From an uncultured Candidatus Micrarchaeota archaeon (GTDB lineage Archaea > Micrarchaeota > Micrarchaeia > Norongarragalinales > CAINOH01): DNA of 64,000 bases. The stretch lies in contig CAINOH010000009.1 of the NCBI GenBank assembly GCA_903851445.1, positions 185,075 to 249,074 on the forward strand, in the 5' to 3' direction. Of this stretch, positions 8,001 to 17,405 are shown piece by piece (positions within the stretch are counted from its first letter, which is position 1; each line of letters opens with the position of its first letter). The notes beneath the pieces are model-generated. The model did not search any database. It was not told where the DNA came from and was given only the letters and a program-made list of their open reading frames with translations. Both the position numbers and the translations under genes were made by a program.

Positions 8001-9233
8001 ATGTCGTTCCTTGAGCGCTTACTTGGTTACGTGCAGCTTACTTCAAGTCATCTCGGGTTCTCAAAAAAACGGACTTTCCTTACGCTCATCGGCCTGACCA
8101 TCGGAATCACCGCCCTAGTGTCGCTGATTTCGCTTGGCAACGGCCTGCAGGCAACGGTCAACCGGCAGTTCGAGTCGCTTGGCACCAACAAGTTCATAGT
8201 TGCGCCGGGCGGAAGCTTCGGTTCGGGTGCGGGCACCGCGCTCGGGCTTACTGAACGCGACCTGGACGCGGTGCGCGCCGCCCGCGGGGTAAAGGAGGCG
8301 ACAGCGGTGATGTCCAAGGCTGGCCGCGTTGATTTCGGGAGCCAGCTTTCCGCATACCTGTTCGTGGGCGGGATTGAGACAACTGCGGCGTCGCGCGACA
8401 TATTCCTCCAGACCGCCACCTACCGCGTGGACCGGGGCCGGCTGTTTTCAATAGGCGAGCGCGGCAAGGCGATGATTGGATGGGGCCTTGCGAACGGGAA
8501 ATATACTTTTGAGAACAGGAACATCTCGATAGGCCAGACGCTTACGATAAACAACCGGAGCTTCCGCATAATCGGCTCGTTCGCGCCGCAGGGAAACCCG
8601 ATAGACGACTCGCTCGTTTACATTTCCCTTGAGGACGCAAAGGAAGTGTTTTCCTCCGACAGGTTTGCTGAGATCGTTGCGATGGCCCAGGACGGCGTCT
8701 CGCCAGAGGACGCTGCTGCAGCTGCTGCGAAGAAGCTGCGCACGCTGCACAACGTAAAGGAAGGCGAGGAGGACTTCACCGTGCAGACTCCGGGCCAGCT
8801 TGCCGAGACTTTCAATTCAATCATCAACGTTGTCGTGGCTGTTGTGGCGGGCATCGCAGTCATATCCCTCATAGTCGGGGGCATAGGCATCATGAACACG
8901 ATGTACACGTCCGTCCTTGAGCGCACAACAGAAATCGGGATAATGAAAGCTGTTGGCGCGACAAAGGACGACATCCTCTACCTCTTTGTTTTGGAGTCGG
9001 GGACCCTGGGACTTGTTGGCGGGGCGTTCGGAGTCCTGATAGGGATGGGAATAGCGAAAGTGGTCGAGTATGCCGCGCTCGCATCCGGCATCCCCGACTT
9101 TTACGCGACGTTCTCGCCCGAGCTCATAGTCGGCTCGCTCGCGTTTGCGTTTATCCTTGGGACCCTTTCGGGCGTGTTCCCCGCGCGCCGCGCAGCCGAG
9201 CTTGCGCCGATTGACGCGATTCGCGGCGTGTAG
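8001..9233 (+). CDS. ABC transporter permease, MacB/FtsX family
   Basis: RTFLTLIGLTIGI, ISLIVGGIGIMNTMYTSVLERTTEIGIMKAVGA, PARRAAELAPIDAIR. Confidence 0.93.
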   Translation: MSFLERLLGYVQLTSSHLGFSKKRTFLTLIGLTIGITALVSLISLGNGLQATVNRQFESLGTNKFIVAPGGSFGSGAGTALGLTERDLDAVRAARGVKEATAVMSKAGRVDFGSQLSAYLFVGGIETTAASRDIFLQTATYRVDRGRLFSIGERGKAMIGWGLANGKYTFENRNISIGQTLTINNRSFRIIGSFAPQGNPIDDSLVYISLEDAKEVFSSDRFAEIVAMAQDGVSPEDAAAAAAKKLRTLHNVKEGEEDFTVQTPGQLAETFNSIINVVVAVVAGIAVISLIVGGIGIMNTMYTSVLERTTEIGIMKAVGATKDDILYLFVLESGTLGLVGGAFGVLIGMGIAKVVEYAALASGIPDFYATFSPELIVGSLAFAFILGTLSGVFPARRAAELAPIDAIRGV

Positions 9234-9273
9234 GTTTGGGAAATTTTCGGTCCTGCAGGGTAAAAAAGGAGCA

Positions 9274-9346
9274 TAGCCCCGAGCGGAATCGAACCGCTGT
9301 CTTCAGGTCCAGAGCCTGACATACTTGGCCGCTATACGACGGGGCT
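9274..9346 (-). tRNA. tRNA-Gln (CTG)
   Basis: AGCCCCG...TCAGG CT CTG GA CCTGA...TTCGATT...CGGGGCT A; A1:U72 is typical of archaeal tRNA-Gln. Confidence 0.95.
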
Positions 9347-9395
9347 GCGACAAAACCAGGCCACGAGTTGTGGAAACATTTTTTTGCAGACGATA

Positions 9396-9926
9396 CTATA
9401 AAACCCGGTGGCTTGGCTTTTCTTTGCCCCAGCCGAGGATGACGTGCGCCCAGACGAGCACGACAACAACCGCATCCGCAAACCACAGCAACACGTGCGC
9501 GGGGTCGAACGCGCCGGCACCCAGGGTTGTTTCTGCCCAGACTGCAAACAGCACTCGCGCGATGTTGAACGCGAACAGGAACGGCGCGTAAAACGCAAGG
9601 GCGTAGGCAACCGCCCTCATTTTCATTTCAGACGCATATAGTGCGGAAGCTAGCAACGCCATCATCACCAACCCGGTGCACTCGATTGCCATCGAGTATT
9701 TCGCCGCGCCGGCAACCACCGTAATTCCCTGCGCGGTTGCGGTTATCCCAACAGCCGAAAGGAGCGGCACAAGCGAGAGGGCAACAAGGCGCTGGAGCGG
9801 GTAAAGAAGGCCGGGCAACGCATAGTCGATTGCGTGGATTGCAGCGTAGAGCAGAAAGAACGCAGCCAGGAACCGGAGGATGAAGCGCTTCTCGTCCGTT
9901 GGCCTTCGCGGGTTATGCACAGCCAA
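9396..9926 (-). CDS. Archaeosortase / exosortase family protein
   Basis: Multi-TM protein with the Cys (AIECTG), Arg (FNIAR) and His (DPAH) triad pattern. Confidence 0.8.
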   Translation of the reverse strand: MAVHNPRRPTDEKRFILRFLAAFFLLYAAIHAIDYALPGLLYPLQRLVALSLVPLLSAVGITATAQGITVVAGAAKYSMAIECTGLVMMALLASALYASEMKMRAVAYALAFYAPFLFAFNIARVLFAVWAETTLGAGAFDPAHVLLWFADAVVVVLVWAHVILGWGKEKPSHRVL

Positions 9927-9930
9927 AGCA

Positions 9931-10494
9931 CTACCAGGGGACGTTCTTTAGTCCGACCTTGAAAGCTATCCAGTTGAAGAGCACGTGCGCGCCATAGCTT
10001 AGTGCGAGCAGGAACACGAAGCCTTCCCAACCTATGAGGGAGCCAAGTTGTGGCGCGGTAAAGCTTGCAAACAGCAGGCTGAGGATTACAAAGCCGAGCT
10101 GGTCGAAACCCGGCAACTGGTTTCCGCTTTCGACGTTGAGCCTGCGCTTTACGAAGCTTCCGAGGACGTCGCCCGCGTGCGCGCCGGCTGAGAGGAACAG
10201 CGAGACCAAGAACCACTGATCGAATGAAAAACCCGTGGGCACGAGGCCGACCCAACCCATCACAGTTCCCACAAGCCAGCCAACAGCAACGCCCCCAATA
10301 AGGCCTTCCCAGGTCTTGTTGTCGCCAAGGATTCGCCGGCCATCCCAGAAGTTCTTGCCGCCGTCAATCGGCGTGGTCTTGATTTTTCCTGCCTTGCCGC
10401 CCGAGGGGTTGAGCCAGACCGGGGCCGCGTTTGCAAAATAAGCCGGCAGTATGAGCAGTACGAGTGAGAACATCCACTGGAGAGTGATTTCCAT
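9931..10494 (-). CDS. carS: CDP-archaeol synthase
   Basis: PAYFANAAPV, PIDGG...DGRRILGDNKTWEG, GDVLGSFVKRR, DQLGF. Confidence 0.93.
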   Translation of the reverse strand: MEITLQWMFSLVLLILPAYFANAAPVWLNPSGGKAGKIKTTPIDGGKNFWDGRRILGDNKTWEGLIGGVAVGWLVGTVMGWVGLVPTGFSFDQWFLVSLFLSAGAHAGDVLGSFVKRRLNVESGNQLPGFDQLGFVILSLLFASFTAPQLGSLIGWEGFVFLLALSYGAHVLFNWIAFKVGLKNVPW

Positions 10495-10529
10495 CCTTGT
10501 ATTCTACCTTTTTTTCCAGATATTTAATC

Positions 10530-11802
10530 CTGTTGTTGAGACGTCCATATCCTGAACCGTTGTTAGGGCACGGATACTAATCAACGTGGAAATGTGGTCT
10601 GGGAGAGCGTATAAATCATTGGGTTTGTAGTAGTGCGCGCGCATTGTTTATGAAATCTTATCGTTTCAGGGTGTATGCGAACAAGCAGCAGGATGCGGTG
10701 ATGCGCCAGCACTTGTGGGCTTCGAAGAACTTGTGGAACAGCGGTTTGACACTGGCAAAGCAGATGTACGACGATTTTGGTAAGTTCCCAACCCGAAAGA
10801 CACTTCAAGAGATAAGCAAGGATTCAGGATTGTATTCGCAAGTGGCGCAGGGTGTTTTCGTTCGTCTTTCTCTCGCGTTAAAAGCTAATACTAGACGCAA
10901 GAAGGCGGGGTTGAAAGGCGGTTTTCCGCGTTTCAAATCTTTCGATAGGATGAAGAGCTTGCATTATCCGCAGTCTGGTTTCGAGTTGTTACCGAACAAA
11001 AAATTGCAAGTCACTCCTTTCGGCAAGTTGAACATCAAACAACACCGCCCAATTGAAGGTAAAATCAAGGCGTTGACGCTGAAGCGGGAAGCTTCTGGCA
11101 AGTGGTTCGCCATTTTCACAATAGAACAGGACGAGATAGTGCCGTTGGTGAACAACGGTGGGCGAGTGGGCATCGACTTGGGTTTGACTACGCTCGCCAC
11201 GCTTTCAAACGGGTTAAAAATAAAGAATCCACGTCATTTTGATGGGCATCGGGAGAAGTTGGCGAAGTTGCAGAGACGTTTGTCAAGGGCGTTGAAGGGT
11301 GGCAAGAACAGGCGCAAAGCCAAGTTGAAAGTTGCATTGGCACACGAGAAGATTGCCAATGTCCGCAGGGACTTCTTGCACAAGGCCACCGCCAACTTAG
11401 TGAATTCATATTCCTTTATCGCGTTGGAAGAGCTTTCCAGCCAGAGGATGGCGGAACAAAATTTCGGCAAGCAAATCAATGATGCGGGTTGGGAAACGTT
11501 CGCGGGCATGATTGCATACAAAGCGGTGGAAGCTGGTTGCAAAGTAGTGTTCGTGAACCCGAAGAACACTACACAAGAGTGCAGCGGTTGTCACGAGTTA
11601 GTCAAGAAAGATTTGACCGTGCGAGTACATGATTGCTCGCACTGCGGCCTAGTGCTGGACCGTGATGTGAATGCTGCAATAAACATACTCGTCAGAGCTA
11701 CCGTCGGAACGACGGAAAGTAACGCCTGTGAAGATGGAGCGATAGTTCCGTCTGTGAAGCAGGAAGCCACGACTTGTCAGTAGGCAGGTTAAGGTAGTTC
11801 AC
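10530..11802 (+). mobile_element. IS200/IS605-family tnpB-only element (IS1341-like)
   Basis: Left subterminal hairpin TATCC...GGATA near 10546-10575; right end GAAGCCACGACTT...GGTAGTTCAC ending at 11802; codon usage differs from neighbours; left boundary approximate. Confidence 0.75.
10650..11783 (+). CDS. tnpB: RNA-guided endonuclease TnpB
   Basis: KSYRFRVY N-terminus, GFPRFK, RuvC I GIDLG, RuvC II IALEEL, Zn finger CSGC/CSHC, RuvC III DRDVNAAINI. Confidence 0.95.
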   Translation: MKSYRFRVYANKQQDAVMRQHLWASKNLWNSGLTLAKQMYDDFGKFPTRKTLQEISKDSGLYSQVAQGVFVRLSLALKANTRRKKAGLKGGFPRFKSFDRMKSLHYPQSGFELLPNKKLQVTPFGKLNIKQHRPIEGKIKALTLKREASGKWFAIFTIEQDEIVPLVNNGGRVGIDLGLTTLATLSNGLKIKNPRHFDGHREKLAKLQRRLSRALKGGKNRRKAKLKVALAHEKIANVRRDFLHKATANLVNSYSFIALEELSSQRMAEQNFGKQINDAGWETFAGMIAYKAVEAGCKVVFVNPKNTTQECSGCHELVKKDLTVRVHDCSHCGLVLDRDVNAAINILVRATVGTTESNACEDGAIVPSVKQEATTCQ

Positions 11803-11852
11803 CGGCATAACTACTAAAACTTCTACAGTGCCTGTTTGTACAGTGGTTTTTG

Positions 11853-12914
11853 ATGCTCAATGGATGGAAGATAGTGGCCCGCACGGATATGCGCACCAGC
11901 ATTGGCCGCGACTCAACAGGCGAGACGCTGGAAATACTCCACCACGACGGCCTGGTTGACGAGTATGACGTGCACTCCGTGCTTTATTCGGCCACCCGCG
12001 ATTCGCAGGCGTTCATGGTGCTTTCCTGCGACGGGCTCTACGAAATAGATGCCTCGGCTTTCCGCATCTCCCCCCCGCCGTCGCCAGTCGAGATGGCAAT
12101 GCGCGAGCAGAAGGTCCAGGACCGGGCGAGGGTTGCGGATTTCTTTTCAAAGGCAAGCGAGGCGCTGGCGGCCCTTCCCAAAAAGGACGTCGTACTGCGC
12201 GTGCTGGAATATGCCAAGGCAAACCCCGCGCCCGAGCGAGCATTTTCCCACCCAAAGCTTTCCTTTCTCGACATTGGGTGCGGCAACGGAAGGCGCGTGC
12301 TTTTCGAGGCGTCGGCTGAGGCGGGCGAGTGCGTGGGCGTTGACTTTCACCCGCCAATCTACAACGACTACCCCAACGTGTCGTTTTACCGCACCGAGGC
12401 GTCCGAGTTCCTGCGAACGCACAAGCAGCGACAAATCGAAATTTCCAGGATAAACGCGGACTTTTTCCTCGGCAGGCTTTCAGACCCAGGCCGGACGTTC
12501 ATCCTCGAGAAAATCGTTGCCGCGCTAACTGATGGCGGCGAGTTCTCATTCTGCGAGACAGTCGCGGTTGCAAAGAAGGTCGTCGCAACGCTCAAGATGT
12601 TTCCCGGAATCAGCGTCCGCGCCGCCGACTACTGGCAGTCAGCAGAGCACATGTCACGCTCAAGCGTAGGCAGGCGCGAAGTGGAAAAGTTTTTGCGTTC
12701 GCATCCCGAATACGCGCAGAAGCCGGAAGCGGGCGCCGAAAAGCCGGAGTCGCGCACCGTTCCTGCGAGCATGCCGATTTTGGTGGTTGCAAAAAAAGAG
12801 GATCCGGCAACGGTTGCACAGCAAGAGGCAAGCTCAAGCCGGGCAGACCAGGACGAGACACTACTGCCTGAATTGCAGTCAGTAGTCCGACAGCCATCCA
12901 ACGGTGCGGTTTAA
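11853..12914 (+). CDS. Class I SAM-dependent methyltransferase domain protein
   Basis: FLDIGCGNG motif I and CVGVDF motif II; N-terminal region uncharacterised. Confidence 0.75.
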   Translation: MLNGWKIVARTDMRTSIGRDSTGETLEILHHDGLVDEYDVHSVLYSATRDSQAFMVLSCDGLYEIDASAFRISPPPSPVEMAMREQKVQDRARVADFFSKASEALAALPKKDVVLRVLEYAKANPAPERAFSHPKLSFLDIGCGNGRRVLFEASAEAGECVGVDFHPPIYNDYPNVSFYRTEASEFLRTHKQRQIEISRINADFFLGRLSDPGRTFILEKIVAALTDGGEFSFCETVAVAKKVVATLKMFPGISVRAADYWQSAEHMSRSSVGRREVEKFLRSHPEYAQKPEAGAEKPESRTVPASMPILVVAKKEDPATVAQQEASSSRADQDETLLPELQSVVRQPSNGAV

Positions 12915-12986
12915 AATTCGGCGGGGCTAAAAACCTTTACTTCTTCTAATCATTGTCCCGCTGCGCTCACTTGGGGGAATGTTACT

Positions 12987-14627
12987 ATGGAATCTTTCAC
13001 AGAACAGGAAACGCAAATCCTGCTCAATTTCTGCTCGAACACGGACAAGCGGGTGTTCGTGCTCAAGAACCTGCCCGAGGCAATCAAGGGCGCGCTCTTT
13101 TCGCGCTACTCGCGCTCAACAAAGTCCCTTCGCAGGCTCCTTCTTGACGAGTTCCTCTCATCAAAGGAATCCGGGCTCATGGAGCTTGTAGGGCAAGGCA
13201 CGGGGCCAGACTTGGCAGCTGCCACGCTCAAGGCCGAGGAGTTCTACAACCGGGTTCTCGACGGTTTTGGTGACGACTCTGTTGGCGAGCTTGGCGGCGC
13301 GCACGTTGCAATCGAGGACGTCTCAATCGTGTCCACGAAGACAATCGAAGACGCGCGCGTCGGCGGCTCCCCGCTTGAAAAATCCACGCGATACGTGTAT
13401 TTCGACCAGAAGCGCGATGGAAAATGGCTCTACTACCGCGAGCCCGCGATAATGGCATCCACATTCGCAGACGAGTATTCTGCCTCCATGGATTCTCTTT
13501 TCGAAACATATGCCCGCCTCGTTCCGACTCTCACGAAATACGTCGAGGAGCAGTGGCCGATTGAGCAGTTCGAGTTCCAGCCCGACCGCACGCAGCCGGC
13601 GGTTCTTTTCGGCAAGCTTGCTGATGAGAAGGCAATCAAGCGCGCAAAAGTCGCCTACACTGGCGCAGTCCGTGCAAAAGTCTGCGATGCCTTGCGCTAC
13701 CTTCTTCCTGCAAGCACACTCACCAATATGGGCTTTTATGGGAACGGCCGCTTCTGGCAGAACATGATTTCCCGGCTATATTCGCATCCGCTTGCGGAGT
13801 CGCAGGAACTTGGTGCGGCCATGCACAAGGAGCTTGGCACAGCCATCAAGCCGTTCGTGCGCCGCGCAAAAAAAGACGAGTATTTGGCGGGCCGGCAAGG
13901 GCGAATGAAAAACGCCATTGCAGGAATCGCGGCAGGAGAAAACAAAAACAGGGTTGAGCTTGTTGGTTATGACAACGATGCTGTTGACCGTACAGTTGCA
14001 GCTTGCCTCTATCCATATTGTGACGCGCCAATGACCGCCCTGTTGCAGAAGGCGCAGGCAATGACCGAACAACAGAAAGCGGAAGTTGTTGAAGCTTATG
14101 CGGGCGGCCGCAATACGCGGCGCGACAAGCCCGGCCGCGCGTTTGAGCAGGCCTACTATGATTTTGACGTCTGCGCGGACTACGGCGCCTACCGTGACAT
14201 CCACCGCCACCGCATACTCACGCAGGAGCGCCAGCTCCTAGGGTGCAGGCACGGTTTCGAGACTCCCGAAGAATTAGTGCAGGCGGGTCTTGAGAAGGAT
14301 TATTCGGATGCGATGAAGTCAGCGGCAGTTCTTTACAACAAAATCGCAGAGCAAATGCCGTTCGAGGCGCAATACTGCGTTCCCCTGGGCTACAGGATTC
14401 GCTGGCGCATGAAAATGAATTTGCGCGAGGCCTATCACTTCTGCGAAATCCGCAGCGGCATGCAGGGTCACACGTCATACCGCCGTGTTGCGCAGGATGT
14501 TTACAGGCACATCAACAATGCGCACCCCGCGTTGGCACGGAACATGTCATTCGTGGATATGAAAGAGTACCCGCTTGGTCGCATCAATGCCGAGATGAGC
14601 AAGGAAAACAAGCGCGCATTGCAATAG
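12987..14627 (+). CDS. thyX: FAD-dependent thymidylate synthase (long, two-domain form)
   Basis: GALFSRYSRS, GDDSVGELG, EKSTRY, DALRYLLP, RDIHRHR, NLREAYHFCEIRS..QGH.SYR. Confidence 0.93.
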   Translation: MESFTEQETQILLNFCSNTDKRVFVLKNLPEAIKGALFSRYSRSTKSLRRLLLDEFLSSKESGLMELVGQGTGPDLAAATLKAEEFYNRVLDGFGDDSVGELGGAHVAIEDVSIVSTKTIEDARVGGSPLEKSTRYVYFDQKRDGKWLYYREPAIMASTFADEYSASMDSLFETYARLVPTLTKYVEEQWPIEQFEFQPDRTQPAVLFGKLADEKAIKRAKVAYTGAVRAKVCDALRYLLPASTLTNMGFYGNGRFWQNMISRLYSHPLAESQELGAAMHKELGTAIKPFVRRAKKDEYLAGRQGRMKNAIAGIAAGENKNRVELVGYDNDAVDRTVAACLYPYCDAPMTALLQKAQAMTEQQKAEVVEAYAGGRNTRRDKPGRAFEQAYYDFDVCADYGAYRDIHRHRILTQERQLLGCRHGFETPEELVQAGLEKDYSDAMKSAAVLYNKIAEQMPFEAQYCVPLGYRIRWRMKMNLREAYHFCEIRSGMQGHTSYRRVAQDVYRHINNAHPALARNMSFVDMKEYPLGRINAEMSKENKRALQ

Positions 14628-14693
14628 TTTTTTTTGGGTTAGCCGGCAGTGTAAGCGGTTTTCGCTGGCCATGCAGCTTTTCCGCACCCGTTG

Positions 14694-15248
14694 CTATTTA
14701 GTCGCTTTCAGCAAGTCGCTCTTTGAGACTATCCCCGCGACTTCCTGTCCTCTCATCACAAGAACAGCGGGCGCGTACTTCAGCAGCCCCACAACAGCAG
14801 TCGCCGGCGTGCGGACGGAGACGCAGGGGAATGGCTCATCCATCGTGTCGCCGACTTTTTTTGCGGAAACCTTGGCGTAGTTTTCATTGGACAGCAGTTC
14901 AAGCATCCAGCGCTCGGAAATGCTCCCTATTGCCTTGCCGTTTTCCATCACCGGCATCTGGGAAATGCCGTTCTTTCGCAGTATCGCAACAGCGGCGCCG
15001 ACCTTTTCAGATGGCCTCACCGAATACACTTTCGGGGTCATGATTTCGCCGGCAACTGCGCCGCTTGCGGCCTCGAGCGAGTCGAGCGCGGAAAAGACTC
15101 TGCTTGCAAGGGCGTACGCGGGGTCGAGCTTTCCCGTCTCAAGCTTTGCTATGAACGACTGGCTGGTTTGCGAGGCCTTGGCAAGCTGAGCCTGCGTGAT
15201 GCCCAGGCGCCTCCTGCGGGAGGGTATTGTTGAAATCTGCGGAAGCAA
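14694..15248 (-). CDS. XRE-HTH plus CBS-pair transcriptional regulator
   Basis: RRRLGITQAQLAKASQTSQSFIAKLETG HTH followed by two CBS domains (ISQMPVM, GIVSKSDLL); TTG start at 15248. Confidence 0.9.
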   Translation of the reverse strand: MLPQISTIPSRRRRLGITQAQLAKASQTSQSFIAKLETGKLDPAYALASRVFSALDSLEAASGAVAGEIMTPKVYSVRPSEKVGAAVAILRKNGISQMPVMENGKAIGSISERWMLELLSNENYAKVSAKKVGDTMDEPFPCVSVRTPATAVVGLLKYAPAVLVMRGQEVAGIVSKSDLLKATK

Positions 15249-15320
15249 GCAACTCGCCCTTCTTCTGCATCTGTCACGTTCGGCGTCGGTTAAATACCTT
15301 TCAATCGCTAATGTGTCTAC

Positions 15321-17018
15321 GTGATTCCAATCGTGACTCGCAGGATACTCATCACTTCGGCTTTGCCCTATGCGAACGGCGACATCCACTTCGGCCACAT
15401 AATGAGCACCTACCTGCCGGCCGACGTCTATTCTCGCTACTGCAAGCTCGCCGGGTACGACGCACTCTACATCTGCGCATCTGACGAGCACGGCACCCCA
15501 ATCGAGCTTGCAGCCCAGAAAGCCGGAAAGGACGCGGCGACGTTCGTGAACGAGTTCCACGACCGCCAGGCAGCTGACTTTGCAGCGCTCGGCATACGCT
15601 TTGACGAGTACTACCACACCAATTCGGACGAGAACACCAAGGTCGCGCAGGAGTTCTTTGCCGAACACAAAAAGAAAGGAGACATTTACGAAAAGGAAGT
15701 TGAGCAGACGTTCTGCGAAAAGGACGGCCGCTTCCTTCCAGACCGCTTTCTCCGCGGCACCTGTCCGTTCTGCAGCGCAGAGGACCAGTACGGTGACAGT
15801 TGCGAAAAGTGCGGCAAGACCTATGGTGCAGGCGAGCTTTTGAACCCGCGCTGCGCGGTCTGCGGCGGCACGCCCATACGCAAGAAGTCAAGGCACCTGT
15901 TCTTTTCCCTCTCGAAATACTCCCAGTGGCTCGAAAAATACCAGTCCGAACAGCCGTTCCCGCGCGAGGTGGTGAACTACCTGGGAAAGTGGATTTCCGA
16001 GGGCCTTGCTGACTGGGACATAACCCGCGACGGCCCGTACTTCGGCATCCCCATCCCCGGCGAGGAGAACAAGTTCTTCTACGTCTGGTACGACGCGCCC
16101 ATCGGGTACATATCCTCCACGCTTCACTACTGCAACGCCCACGGAAAGAATTTTGAGGACTATTGGAAGGGAACGGACGCCGAGCTCGTGCACTTCATAG
16201 GAAAGGACATCGTCTACTTCCACTTCCTCTTCTGGCCCGCGATGCTCAAGGAAGCAGGTTATTCGCTTCCCCACCGCATCCCGGTCCGCGGCCACGCCAC
16301 GATACAGGGCGAGAAGATGAGCAAGAGCCGCGGGAACTTCATCGGGCTTTCGGAGTTCCTCGCAAAATACCCGGCGGACTACCTGCGCTTCTACTACAAC
16401 TCCGTCACGCCCAACAACTCGTCTGACGCGGACTTTTCCTGGGAGGAGTTCGGCGCGAAGACGAACAGCGAGCTTGTCGGCGCGCTGTGCAACTACTGCT
16501 ACCGAGTGCTCTCCTTCACCAGCAGCCAGTTTGAAGGGCAAGTCCCGGTGCCCGCGCCCGGGCTTTTGGACTCCAAGCTTGAGAAGGAATTCTCAGCAAA
16601 GATTGACGCAATGCCTTCCGCAATCGCAGACCAGCTTGAGCAGGTGGAAATCAAGGCCGGCCTGGAGGCGGGGATGGCCTTTGTCAACGACTGCAACCGC
16701 TACTTCAACGACCGCGCGCCCTGGAAGCTCGCAAAGGAAAGGCCGGAGGAAGCGAAGGCCGTGATGTTCCTTGCGGCAAAGGCGGCGTACGCCATCTCAA
16801 TCCACTTCCAGCCGTTCATACCCTTCTACTGCCAGAAAATCTACTCCCAGCTCGGGTTTGAAGGGGACGTTTCGGCAGTGCGCTGGGCAGACCTTTCGGC
16901 GTTTGCGCCCGGCAGGAAGCTTGCAAAGCCGGAGATAGTCTACCGGCCGCTTGAAAAGGAAGTCCTCGCGGCCGAGGCTGCAAAGCTTGCCGCTGCTTGC
17001 AAAAAAATAATCGTTTAA
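15321..17018 (+). CDS. metG: Methionine--tRNA ligase
   Basis: ITSALPYANGDIHFGH, Zn knuckles, YVWYDAPIGY, KMSKS; start may be GTG 15333. Confidence 0.97.
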   Translation: MIPIVTRRILITSALPYANGDIHFGHIMSTYLPADVYSRYCKLAGYDALYICASDEHGTPIELAAQKAGKDAATFVNEFHDRQAADFAALGIRFDEYYHTNSDENTKVAQEFFAEHKKKGDIYEKEVEQTFCEKDGRFLPDRFLRGTCPFCSAEDQYGDSCEKCGKTYGAGELLNPRCAVCGGTPIRKKSRHLFFSLSKYSQWLEKYQSEQPFPREVVNYLGKWISEGLADWDITRDGPYFGIPIPGEENKFFYVWYDAPIGYISSTLHYCNAHGKNFEDYWKGTDAELVHFIGKDIVYFHFLFWPAMLKEAGYSLPHRIPVRGHATIQGEKMSKSRGNFIGLSEFLAKYPADYLRFYYNSVTPNNSSDADFSWEEFGAKTNSELVGALCNYCYRVLSFTSSQFEGQVPVPAPGLLDSKLEKEFSAKIDAMPSAIADQLEQVEIKAGLEAGMAFVNDCNRYFNDRAPWKLAKERPEEAKAVMFLAAKAAYAISIHFQPFIPFYCQKIYSQLGFEGDVSAVRWADLSAFAPGRKLAKPEIVYRPLEKEVLAAEAAKLAAACKKIIV

Positions 17019-17036
17019 CCAGTTACGCGTGGTCGT

Positions 17037-17324
17037 GTGGATAATCCAAGGAGCAGACGAAGAGTAGGTTTACATGAGTCTACGCCCACTGTTGACGTTC
17101 ACGTCAACAACGCCACGAAAATTGCCGGCCGGCCGGTAACGGGCCTCATTGAGGCGCTGCACATCGAGGGTTACCATCCGAAAAAAGACGAGCAGCACAT
17201 CATCCGCGTTTTTAAGGAAGAAGCAGAAGAACGCAACATTTCACCAGAGGACCATGCGCGCGAGATGCTGGTTTTGTTCCAAAGGCATTGGGAAAAGAAT
17301 AACGCAGGCAACCCGCGCGGCTGA
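17037..17324 (+). CDS. Hypothetical protein
   Basis: 95-aa ORF immediately after metG; no recognisable motif. Confidence 0.5.
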   Translation: MDNPRSRRRVGLHESTPTVDVHVNNATKIAGRPVTGLIEALHIEGYHPKKDEQHIIRVFKEEAEERNISPEDHAREMLVLFQRHWEKNNAGNPRG

Positions 17325-17405
17325 TTTTTGGCAGTTGCCTCCGAACCACATCTCCCAAGCCCGTTTTATTTATTTCCACCACCATACTATCTTCCGTAAT
17401 CGGAT

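Noticed and set aside
12987-14627. Double-length ThyX as a novelty
   Set aside because: Tandem-domain ThyX proteins are an already known form.
15249-15668. Long N-terminal extension of the HTH-CBS ORF
   Set aside because: Overlaps metG on the opposite strand; homology begins at TTG 15248.
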